A DNA stretch of 59,039 nucleotides from Octopus bimaculoides (taxonomy: Eukaryota), in assembly GCF_001194135.2 (NCBI RefSeq), contig NC_068989.1, positions 96,822,158-96,881,196 of the forward strand, written 5' to 3'. Numbering within the stretch: the stretch's first letter is position 1; each line of letters opens with the position of its first letter. The position numbers and the translations under genes were made by a program. A model generated the notes under the pieces. It was not told the origin of the DNA. It was given only the letters and a program-made list of their open reading frames with translations, and did not search any database. Shown piece by piece: positions 25,436 to 36,334 of the stretch.

Positions 25436-25540
25436 GGTAATTTTCAGATTAGCATTTCGCTAACTCAGCCTTAAATCTATATGGTAACTCTATATGCTGA
25501 CAGCCTGGATTTAGCCAAACCATTTGACAATGGAATAATG

Positions 25541-25573
25541 ACTGCTGATGAGTCTGCAATCTTACAGACAAAA
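25541..25573 (+). ncRNA. Truncated hammerhead 5' half
   Basis: CTGATGA-GTCTG caatctta CAGAC-AAAA: perfect 5-bp stem II, G12 replaced by A, 3' half replaced by a SINE A fragment. Confidence 0.45.
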
Positions 25574-25577
25574 TCTA

Positions 25578-25780
25578 ATGTGTTTGTCTCCCCACCACCA
25601 CCATCGCTTGTCGACTGATGTTGGTGCATTGATGTCCCAATAAGTTAGCAGTTTGGCAAAGAGACTGAGAGAATAAGTGCTATACTTACAATAAGTCCTG
25701 GGGTTGATTTCATTGACTAAAACTCTTTAAGGCAGTGCTCCAGCATGGCCACAGTGAAATGACTGAAACAAGTAAAAGAA
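25578..25780 (+). mobile_element. SINE A 3' half
   Basis: tgtgtttgtctccccaccaccaccatcgcttg...gactgaaacaagtaaaaga. Confidence 0.85.
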
Positions 25781-26567
25781 TATATAAACATATGAGTATA
25801 TATAAAATACATATATAGTTCTTATCGATAGTTTCATCCTTCTTACTTATTTTAGTTATTATTATTATTATTTTTTTCACCATGACATTCTCTCTCATCT
25901 GCCTACAATCACCCAGCTTAGCATTTACCTTTTACCTTGGCAATAACAATAATAGTAATTATCATTATTTTAAATTTATCTTTTTAATATTTATTATAAC
26001 AATAACAAGAATAATATCATTAAAATATTATCTTAAATAATAATTACATCAGACTCCAACGCCAGTTGTTTTTACTTTTCCCCTTCCTTGGTTCAGCAAA
26101 TCTTTCCCAGTAAATCTGCATTCACTGGGTAACTTCACTTACATTTTTTCGATCTATTCCTTGTGAACATGTTTATTATTTCATCACATGATAGTTTTGT
26201 ACATTACGTCACCATTTATTTAGGTTCATAACCGTATATTAATATGATACAATACTATGGGTGTTTAATTTTTATTTATTATATTTACATTCTCCACTTA
26301 GTTTTACCTCAGTTTGTTTAAATAAGGAGTTAGAAAATATAATGAATTCATTGGATCCTCTCCCTTCCTCCTTTTCTGGTTTTTAGTTTGGCCCTCCATT
26401 TTGCCTTCCTCTAATTTAAACTTTTAGTATAGCGTTCATAGCCTCTCTCCCTTAATAATGCCCTGTAAACCAGCGTCCTTGTTTCTAACGGTCACTTACT
26501 TTACTATAAAATGTTATAACCCACACGTAACCTTAACATTTAGCATAAGTCTTGCTTTTTGTATGTT

Positions 26568-26658
26568 GGTTCCCTGAAGATGAATTTATGTGCAATTCCA
26601 GCAGCTCTTATTTCTTTGGAGTAGAGTGCACATATATTTTGAAACATATGTAGGAATT
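26568..26658 (+). ncRNA. Minimal type I hammerhead ribozyme with an extended stem II, sense to THUMPD3
   Basis: GGTTCC-CTGAAGA-T-[gaatttATGTGCA..attcca..tggagt..TGCACATatattt]-T-GAAA-C ATAT GT A-GGAATT; palindromic ACATATGT stem III, GUA triplet (predicted cut after 26652), stem I with 4 Watson-Crick and 2 GU pairs. Confidence 0.8.
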
Positions 26659-26897
26659 AAAGGAACTTATTGATTATATGCGTTTTGCTCCATTTATTAA
26701 TATTCTTCATAAAATACATATATATATATATCTTCATCGTCATCATCATCATTTAACATCTGTGTTCCATGCTATGTATGTATGTATGTATGAAATGCAC
26801 AGGTGTAGTATCAAATATATTTGTGAATACATTGCAAACAGAAAAAAATAAATGATCCCAAGTAATGTTAAATGTCTATTTTTCTTTCTAATTTCAG

Positions 26898-26911
26898 CCG
26901 TTCGGGAAAAG
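26898..26911 (+). CDS. THUMPD3: THUMPD3 14-nt microexon (PFGK + AG of Arg)
   Basis: ttttctttctaatttcag|CCGTTCGGGAAAAG|gttagt; supplies the conserved PFGKR motif, and its phases (0 in, 2 out) join the flanking exons exactly. Confidence 0.9.
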
Positions 26912-27087
26912 GTTAGTAGATCTTACTTTACTAAAATCCTCTTCCTTATTTATCATCCAACTTAGGCCACTGGAAATAATAACCAGAAACAGAAAGTAAT
27001 TAGTAGAATGTCATTTTTATTTACATTATCATAATTTTAACCCCCTTTGTTCAGAGTTCTCATCTTGTTAAAATAAGCAGCAAAGCT

Positions 27088-27131
<44 letters not shown>

Positions 27132-27213
27132 CAATTGCAGCGTGGAAGGTGTTTATAAGCCATTTAAAATAACACACAAAAACCGTTAGATTCACTTCAA
27201 CATTTAAATTTAA

Positions 27214-27264
27214 TTTGTCAAAATATTTTCGTCGCTTTCAGACTGCGACCTGTTCACTGACAAA
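27214..27264 (-). ncRNA. Variant minimal hammerhead with a G3:C8 swapped core
   Basis: Minus strand TTTGTCA-GTGAACA-G-GTCGC agtctgaaa GCGAC-GAAA-A TA TT T-TGACAAA: 7-bp stem I, 5-bp stem II, palindromic AATATT stem III, UUU triplet. Confidence 0.7.
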
Positions 27265-27687
27265 ATTCTGTGCTGCATCTGAGAAAGTAACATTTAGTTC
27301 ATGATATATATGTACGTATGTGTGTGTGTGTGTGTGTGTATGTCTGTATGTATGTATGTACGTGTGTATGTATGTATGTATGTATATATGTATGTATGTG
27401 TGTGTGTATGCATCTGTGTACATGCGTTTGCATGTGTGCATGCCTATACACATGTATGTGTGTAAAGTATGCATGTATGTACTTATGGATGTACGTGAGT
27501 AATAGGGTAAGTGTGAAGACGTGTTTGTGTGTGTGTACATGTGAACGTATGTTTATGTACTGATATGTGTGTGTCCAAGTTGTATATATGACTGTTACTT
27601 TGTTGAAGGTTGTATACACACACATATACATATATGTAGACACACACACATATATATGTGTGTGTGCGTTTGTCCCTCTCACCACCA

Positions 27688-27827
27688 TATAAACAAGTGG
27701 AAGGCGGTGCTATTGGAGTAGGGATCGCCGGTGATGTTGCTAACCTCTTCATGGTATGGGGGACAAACATTTTAAACAGTGCTTTGCGACCCGTAACATC
27801 CACTTAGCCATGTACTCTCGATACGTC
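27688..27827 (+). mobile_element. Penelope-like reverse transcriptase core fragment (one frameshift, cut by a gap)
   Basis: YKQVEGGAIGVGIAGDVANLFMVW-(1-nt deletion)-DKHFKQCFATRNIHLAMYSRYV; ends just before the expected DD, at the N-run. Confidence 0.8.
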
Positions 27828-28346
27828 NNNNNNNNNNNNNNNNNNNNNNNNNNNNNNNNNNNNNNNNNNNNNNNNNNNNNNNNNNNNNNNNNNNNNNNNN
27901 NNNNNNNNNNNNNNNNNNNNNNNNNNNGAAGAATATGTGAAACATTTTTCAAATTTTTACTTTATTTTTATTTATTGTTTGAAAACCCCTAAAGTTATAA
28001 TCCTAATCTTTAATGGCTGGGTTGGAGATGAAAGCTTGTTGTTATGTCTTCTTGGTTCAGCCATTTCAACTAGTTCAGCTTTGTGGTTTTATTGTTAATC
28101 TTTAAGCATGTTAGGCTTCTTAGAATGGGAGAAAAACTTCATAAATGAAGTCATTCCGGAATAATTAATAAGTTTGCATCAATTCCAAGATTTCATGAAT
28201 AGTTTGAAAATTAAATTAGAAATAATTCTGAATCTTGCTCCACATTAAAAGCTTAATTTTCAGCAAAGTGTAACCCCTGCAATGAAGTTGATGCATCTAT
28301 GTTTAATTAAACCGGTTATAGCTGTATTCCAACAGAAGAGAATTCA

Positions 28347-28619
28347 CCAGTGCTGCTGGACTGGCTCCTGTGCAGGTGGCACTTAAAATACACCATTTTG
28401 AGCGTGGCCGTTGCCAGTATCGCCTGACTGGCCTTCGTGCCAGTGGCACGTAAAAGCACCCACTACACTCTCGGAGTGGTTGGCGTTAGGAAGGGCATCC
28501 AGCTGTAGAAACTCTGCCAAATCAGATTGGAGCCTGGTGTAGCCATCTGGTTCACCAGTCCTCAGTCAAATCATCCAACCCATGCTAGCATGGAAAGCGG
28601 ACGTTAAACGATGATGATG
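28347..28619 (+). mobile_element. RTE-tail repeat, low divergence
   Basis: Standard tail ending ggaaagcggacgttaaacgatgatgatg; inverted relative to 24035-24305. Confidence 0.9.
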
Positions 28620-30141
28620 AAGAAAGAAAAGAAGAGGAACTTTCATTCTTTTTCTCTTTTGTCTTTTAGTTCATTTTTTTGTTTGTTTGTTTTCTTTATG
28701 AGGGTTTTCTAAAAATCTTTTTAGTTAGGCATTGCAGACACCCTGTTAAAGACCTCTGAAACTGGTAAGAGGGAGCAAGATATCCTCAAACCAGAAAGAA
28801 GCCTGGCCTGGAGACTGCAATAGAGCTGACTCAGACTTTGACAATTCCTCCAACCAAACAGCTGCAGTAGTGGTGTTTGGGTATAATAATAGGGAAATTT
28901 TGCTGCTATTTCTAGCAGGTTGAGTGATCATATAGAGATGTCTTTAATAACTTGCTTTCTCTAAAATTAATGAAATGAGGGGAGGATTAGTCAAAATAGA
29001 AATTGTAAAATTAAAATCCCAAGTAATTGCTAGTTCAGTGGTTTTAGATGAAGGATAAGACAGGCACAAAAAACCAAAATCCACTAGGAGAAAGAAAATA
29101 TCAAAGTAGAAAGATCCTTTTGTCAAGTTTCTTATAAGAAAAGATTTTACTTTGGTGCTTATGACATCATTGAACAGGGAATAGAGAATTATCAGATCTA
29201 GAACAGCTGAGTCAAGACCAAACTCTGCAAGCTGAACCGAAGCCAGGGTGGTGTGTTCTGTTGTTAAATGACAAAAAGTAGACAGAGCCTTGAGAATGGA
29301 AATTAATCAGTCGCAAGTAGTGATATCAAATTTTGCTGCTGGATGCAAAAGTACAATTGTGGGAGGTTAACTTACTGTACAAACATTTCACATAAAAAAT
29401 GTGAAATGTTCTGAATTGCAAAGTCTGTCATTTTCTGTGAATTTGTAAGGAATCAGGATGTTATCAAGAAGTGTATCTGAAATAATAGAGAAACACAAAG
29501 GTTTTTCTTTGTTTCTCTTCTCAATGTGATGTTTGTGTTGACTAGTAAGGTTAATTTACTTAAGCCTTACGGAGCATAAGCCATCAACCACTTTCCTCTG
29601 TTGTTCTCCATTCTGGGCTGTCTTTTCTACTTCTCTTCCACAAGATCCTTGCTTTTCTTTACAGTTTCCTTTTTGATTTAGTCGCACTGCTTCATATAAG
29701 TTCCCTGAAGGAAGACCCTTCTCTTTCAGGTACAGTTGGTTTTGAATTATCATTAATGTTTCTGTAACTTTGAATTTTTTATTCTAAGTAGGGTTTGTTG
29801 GCCCTATGCAAACTCATTTTTACCCATGAGAAGTTAGTCCATGTCAGCCTGACCTTTATCTTTTGGTCTATGCAGCATGGGATGCACTACTATGAGCTTG
29901 CACTCCATAGGAATAGCGATCTGGGCCACTGAGGCACAGAAGCCACCACACCACATCAAGGAGTACACCTTGAATGATAAAAGGACTATCCCAAGTCATA
30001 TGAATAGGGGACCAACTATCAAGGTTAGCATGGTTAGAGAAGCGAAGTTAAATGAAGATAAGAAGAGCAGCTGGTTTAACAGATATAGTAGTTGAAGACC
30101 TCAAGATATGTGTCATATGTTATACGATAAAACCTTTACAG

Positions 30142-30362
30142 CAGGGAGCTGGCAGAAACATTAGCATATCGGGCGAAATGCTTAGCAGTATTTCGTCTGA
30201 GTTCAAATTCCGCCGAGATCGACTTTGCCTTTCATCCTTTCGGGGTCGATAAATTAAGTACCAGTTATGCACTGAGGTCAATGTAATCGACTTAATCCAT
30301 TCGTCTGTCCTTGTTTGTCCCCTCTATGTTTAGCCCCTTGTGGGCAAGAAAGAAATAAGATA
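30142..30362 (+). mobile_element. SINE family B
   Basis: gagctggcagaaac.ttagc..cgggcgaaatgctt...gagttcaaattccgccgag...ccccttgtggg..aagaaata; copies at 37395, 43490, 46695 and 48130. Confidence 0.9.
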
Positions 30363-32106
30363 AAACCTTTGTTAGTGGCTTGCTATGTTCACCAGAGAAT
30401 TTAATATTGTAAAAAAACAGTTTCGTTATTAGCCATTTCAAGAGCAAAGAAAAATCACTGGAATGGAATAATTCTAAAAATCTCAAATTGATGGAGCAAA
30501 AGTTAGAAATGGCCGACAGTGACAGCGTTTAAACAAAGCTAATTCTAGGTAAGATGTAGTTGGGTTTCGTGCCAGCACTTGGAACCTGAGATGCCATATT
30601 TAAAGGTTATTCTTAAGTAATAATCAACTACTTTACTAAGGATTTTGTGATCTAAAGTGGCCTTTAAGAGAGTCCTCTGCCCTTTTCTTCTTCTTTCACT
30701 CTCTCTCTCTAACTTTTTGTTACTTTCTCTTTGGGTGGATGCTAACAGAACTTGGCATAGATAAATGACAGGTAAGCCATGATGACTTGTTGGCAACAAA
30801 TTTATTGAAATATTTAGAGAAATGAGGCAAATATAATTCATTGGACAGAAAATATGAGCCTGCATGAAAAGATTGGCTGCTTTACATATTTGATGAGTGC
30901 TTACTGCACATACAGTACAAAATGGCCTCTATGAACACATGGAGTAGAAGAAATTAGATGATTGCCTTTCTAAGCAAATCTAATTACTCTACTAAAGCTG
31001 TTTTAGTCATTTAATTATTAATTTATTTTAATAAGCCAATTACTAAATGCAGTTTGTGGATTATATAAATTGCCATATCTAAAGGGCTAGTATTCAAATT
31101 AATATTTGCATCCCTGTTTTCCATTGGACAAATCTTGTGAAATTGTGTTATAGATTAAAAAGAGGTTAACACAGGAGCTGAAAGGAAAAAAGTTCAAAAG
31201 AGGCGAAAATTGAATAACATTAGATGTGTTTGAAAATTGGAAACTAAATTATTGATATTTGTTTTTCAGTTTTTCTATTTTTCAATATAACTTTTTCTTT
31301 ATATGATGTAAAAATAGTAAAAAAGAATTGTCTATGGCAATCTTTTTAACATCATCTCACCTGAGCCCATCCATATTTGAGTGTCCATATTTAAATCTAA
31401 ATCATAACTTTATTAAAACAGGGAAACTATTGCAAGAATTCAGTTGGTCAAAACCACTTTATATAACAATGTATAATGTTTAAGATATTTTACTAGATCA
31501 CTCCAAAATAATTATCATTATTATAGAAAATTAATTGAAATGTATAAAGTCTACTTAAATATACTCATGAAATTTTGTTTAATTCTTTTGTCTTTTTTTT
31601 CTGTGTTCAATGAAGCCATCATTTGTGTGTGTGTGTGTGTGTGTGCATGCCTTAATACTTCTCCTCACTCACCCAAAGTAATCTAGCTTTTTATTGTTTC
31701 ACTCATCACATTCCAACTATGCTGGGCACTGACTTGAAGGGTTAAGTTGAACAAATTAGCCACAGTACTTGTTTTTTTTATTTTTTAAGTTTAGTATTCC
31801 CTTGATCTCTTTTGGCAAACTGCTAAATTATGGTGATGTAAACTAAACAACATTGGTTGTCAAGTGGTGGGGAGCTTCTGCACAGTTTCCATCTACCAAA
31901 TTCTCTCACAAAACCTTGGTCCACCCAAAGCTATAGTAGATGGCACTTGCCCAAGCACCCTGCGATGAGACTGAACCTGAAATGATGTTGTTGTAAAGCA
32001 AGTTTTTTAACCACACAGCGATACTTTTTTTAATGTTTTCTGGGAAGTTATCCTACATTCTATTCTTTAGTTCAGCAATACCTCTACAATATAGTTCAAC
32101 AATACC

Positions 32107-32625
32107 TTGGACCGACCAAAGCCTTGTGAGTGGATTTGGTAGACGGAAACTGAAAGAAGCCCATCGTATATATGTATGTGTATGACATAGTGTGTCATAT
32201 GTGTTTGTAAAAATAAACGGATTAATTAATTAATTAATTAATTAACAGAGTACAGTGTCTGCAAGTTGATGAGTATCTCATATTCCCCTCCATTTTCTTA
32301 TTGCTATATATATATATATATNNNNNNNNNNNNNNNNNNNNNNNNNNNNNNNNNNNNNATATGTATGTATATATGCATGTATGTATATATGCATGTATGT
32401 ATATATATGTGTATGTATTTGTGTGTCTATGTTTCTCCCCCCAACATTGCTTGATATGCAATGCTGGTGTGTTTACGTCCCCATAACTTAGCAGTCCAGC
32501 AAAAGAGACCGATAGAATAAGTACTAGGCTTACAAAGAATAAGTCCTGGGGTCGATTTGCTCGACTAAAGGCGGTGCTCCAGCATGGTCGCAGTCAAATG
32601 ACTGAAACAAGTAAAAGAATAAAAG
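32107..32625 (+). mobile_element. SINE A, 5'-truncated, spans a gap
   Basis: gaccaaagccttgtgagtggatttggtagacggaaactg...gactgaaacaagtaaaagaataaaaga. Confidence 0.8.
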
Positions 32626-33564
32626 AAAAAAAACGAATGAGTTATTTAAGCTCATGCAACAGCATCCTTGGTAATTAGATTGTTTACAATTTAGGATCTG
32701 TGCCTTTCAGAAATAATTAGAGCTACCATCAGTCATCTGTTTCCTCAAAGACTCACTTGTGTCATAATACCATAATTTTACGATTTATGACAAACCACTG
32801 ACCAAGAGAGATCAGCAAAACTCTCTTGAAGAGAGATAATCAAAGTAGATGATAACATTTTAGTTAGCAATTTCAAATAATTAGCAACATCTTGCAAGAA
32901 TTTTTACATTTCTGGAAAAGTATTTGCCAGCTCATCTACGTCTTCCATTTCATGCTCCAATGAGCAGATACCAAGTTCTCATGAGTTGCTTTTGCATTGA
33001 TAAGGGTTGTCAAATATTAAACTTAAATATTAATACAAAGTGCAGGCATGGGGTGTGGTTAAGAAACTTGCTTTGTAACTACAAGTTCAGTCACACTGCA
33101 TGGAACCTTGGGGCAGCTGTCTTCTACTAGAGCCCCAATACTTTGGGAGTGAAGTTGGTAGACTGAAATTGTATATAAATGTGTGCGTGTGTGTTTGTGC
33201 TTATCCCTGCTTAGATGTTGTCCAATGACTGAAACAGGTAGAAGATATAAGACACGTAAGTGGATCTTTTAGCCATTAGAAGTGTGTCTGGTTGCAAGCT
33301 AGGTTAAACCTTCTCCTTACTGATGCATGATGACCCACTGAAAAAATTTCTTTTCATCCACCTGTCTTTAAGAAGTCTGCTTTGCAACTACATTGTTCTG
33401 AGTTGAATCCTAACACACAGCACCTTGTGCCAGTGTCTTCTGCTGTAGCTTCTGACTCATCCAATAGTTTGAGACTGAAATTTGGTAAATGGAATCTCTG
33501 TAGAAAGCCAGCACACACACACATTGCAATGAATCTATCATTAGCATCAATGGCTATTTCAGTA

Positions 33565-34080
33565 TGAGCTCAAAAGCATTGACATGCCCGAACCAGATAA
33601 CTTTTATAGATTTTTGACACAGTGCTGCTTTTGGCAGGCTTGAGAGATTGTATGGTGTTACGGGAGTGTTGATTGACCTCTCTCTTGACTACACCCCATA
33701 CATAATAGTCCAGTAGATTGAGGTCTGATGAGTTAGAGGTCCATGTGTCTGGGAGAACAGGATCATGGAGATTGGCATTCATCCATGCTTGGGTTGTCCT
33801 AACCTCATGGGACAGTGCAGAGTCTTGTCGGATGACCATGGTCTTCTCAGTTGGATGACCATGGTCTTCTGAGTAGACAGTAGCATTGACTCTTAGGCCC
33901 TGTCAAAAGAAGTAAGGAGGCAGGGCATCTCTCACATTGCTGATTACTCTAAGAACCAATACAATGGCTAGGAACTTAGTACGCGTGATCATTGGAACCT
34001 CCTTCCTGTCTCTGCATAATCATTTGTTGTCACTTCAGTTTATCTTTTGGTCCTGGAACACTTCCATCAGAGGTGTCTGA
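33565..34080 (-). mobile_element. Tc1/mariner transposase remnant (DDD catalytic region)
   Basis: VFQDQKIN*SD..LCRDRKEVPMITRTKF..VLVLRVIS...QDSALSH..TTQAW...WTSNSSDLNLLDYYVWGVVKREVN (WPxxSPDLNPLDY-type motif); has stops and frameshifts. Confidence 0.9.
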
Positions 34081-34519
34081 GATACATTCTGAATATTGGT
34101 TGTTCCTTGCAGAAGTCTTCAAGGGAGTAAACACAATAAGCATTGAGGCAATAGGTATTTACCCTCAAAACCAAAGTGCACCGGTTGTCATTGGAATAAA
34201 TGTGAATTTATAATATAGAAGGAGCTGGAGGTTTCGAAGCAGTCCTCCATTATTAAGCTCTTTCTCTTTGATTTTTCAAGAGATATTCACATCATCACAC
34301 TGACACTGCATACGATTTCTTGTCTGTCCCAAACAACAATATTCAGCCTGTTATGTTTTGCACTTGGTACAAATTTTGTGTTTTATTGTTTACATATGTA
34401 TTTAATAAGAGAGGGCATCTCTATATTAATCCCAAGACAGTTCTCTTTTGAGATGGTATTGTATATTGTGTTAGTGATGACAGTATAAGGAAGCTTGCCT
34501 GCACCACTCTCATATGTAG

Positions 34520-35745
34520 CATCATCATCATCAATGTCCGTTGTCCATACTGGCATAGGTTGGATGGTTTGACCAGAACCATTAGGCTGAAGGACTGCAC
34601 AGACTCCATCCTGATTTGGCATGGTTTCTATGGCTGGATGCCCTTCTTAACGCCAACCACTCTGAGAGTGTAATGGGTGCTTTTACTTGCTACTGGCACA
34701 GGTGCCAGTTGCATGACAGCAGTATCTGCCATGACTATGATTTCACTTGGCTTGATGTGTTTTTTATTCAAGCACAGTATAGGTCTGTCTGTCTGCTGAA
34801 GGTCTCTGTCATTTATCGTTGCCTGTTTGAGGCCCAATGCTCAAAAGCTGCTTTTATGTGTCACTGGTTCAGGTGCTAGTTATGCAACACTAGCATCAGC
34901 CACATTGCCTCCATGAGGCCCCACACTCAAAAAGTACTAGTTATTTGACACCAGCATTCGCTATGTTGCCTCCATGGGGACCTACACTCAAAAGGTGCTA
35001 GTTACGTGACACTGGCGTCAGCCACATGGCCTCCATGAGGCCCAGTGCCTGAAAGGTACTTTTTATGTACCACAGGTGCTAGTTACATGACACTGGTGGT
35101 ATGAGTCATGACTACGGTCTCACTTGGCTTGATGAGTCTTCTTCTCAAGCACGGCATATTGCCAAAGGTCTCGGTCATTCGTCATTGCCTCCATGGAGCC
35201 GAACATTCAAAGATCATGCTTCACCACCTCATCCCATGTTTTACTAGGACTACCTCTTCCACAGGTTCCCTCCACAGTTAGAGATTGGCACTTCTTTACT
35301 CAGCTCTCTTTGTTCATACGCATCACATGACATGCTAATGCAGTGGTCTCTCTTGCACACCACATCTGATGCCTCTTATGCCCACCTTTTCTCTCAAGAT
35401 ACTTCTACTCTGTTGTACAGGCACACTGACATTGCACATCCAGCAAAGCATACTAGCTTCATTTTTTTCAAGCCTATGCATGTCCTCGGTGGTCACAGCC
35501 CATGTTTCATCACTGTGTAGCAAAGCTGTTTGCACACAGGCATCATACAATCTACCTTTCACTCTGAGCGAGAGGCCCTTTCTTGGCAACAGAGGTAGGA
35601 GCACTCTAAACATTACCCAGTCTATTCTTATTCTTGCAGCTACACTCTCAGGGAATCCACCTCCACTACTAACTTAGTCACCTAAATAATGGAAGCTATC
35701 AACTACCTCCAGCTTTCCTTGCTGACATTTGATGGAGTCTATTTT
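34520..35745 (-). mobile_element. 5'-truncated RTE-like LINE with 3' tail
   Basis: ORF 35335-35613 (FRVLLPLL..KGLSLRVKGRLYDACVQTALLHSDETW), same family as 4962-6190. Confidence 0.9.
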
Positions 35746-36107
35746 CTGAACACTTTTAGTAGAAGACTCTTGCCCCTGATGTTATGTTACACAGTGAATT
35801 AGAACTCAAAAGGCATCTATAAACAACTGACAGTAAGTAGCATGTGTGTAAATAACAAACGTAAATTGAAGGACTCAATGGAATACTGAACTGACAGAAT
35901 GTAAAGACGTCATCGGTGCTGGGTTTCCATGACAACAGACACAAATGGTCAAAATAGTTCTCCCCACTGTTTGTCACAAACTTTCCTTGACCATGTATAG
36001 ACAAGTTAATTTAGGATACTGAAAAATATATGCTTGCTTATTTCTTTGCTATGGATTTACATACTCATATTCATTAAGATGGGATTAGTGAACAGAAAAA
36101 ATATGTG

Positions 36108-36290
36108 AAGGCACATGGCCTAGTAGTTAGGGTGTTGCACTCACAATTGCCAGATTGTGGGTTCAATTCACAGACTGGAAGGCATGTTGTGTTCTTGAGC
36201 AAAACACTCCCTTTTGTGTTGCTCTAGCACTGTGTCAAAACAAGCGTGTTAAAGAATAGACCCAATGTTTCTTCTGCATGTCATAAAAAG
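36108..36290 (+). mobile_element. tRNA-derived SINE (family C)
   Basis: ggcacatggcctagtagttagggtgttgcac...gggttcaattc A/B-box-like head. Confidence 0.65.
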
Positions 36291-36334
36291 GCAAAGCGAT
36301 GACTACCTAAAACAGACCGATGGGTTAGAGTGAT

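Noticed and set aside
36108-36180. tRNA-like sequences at SINE heads (also 17895, 23740-23810 and 54876)
   Set aside because: They do not form a full cloverleaf and continue into SINE bodies, so they are SINE heads rather than tRNA genes
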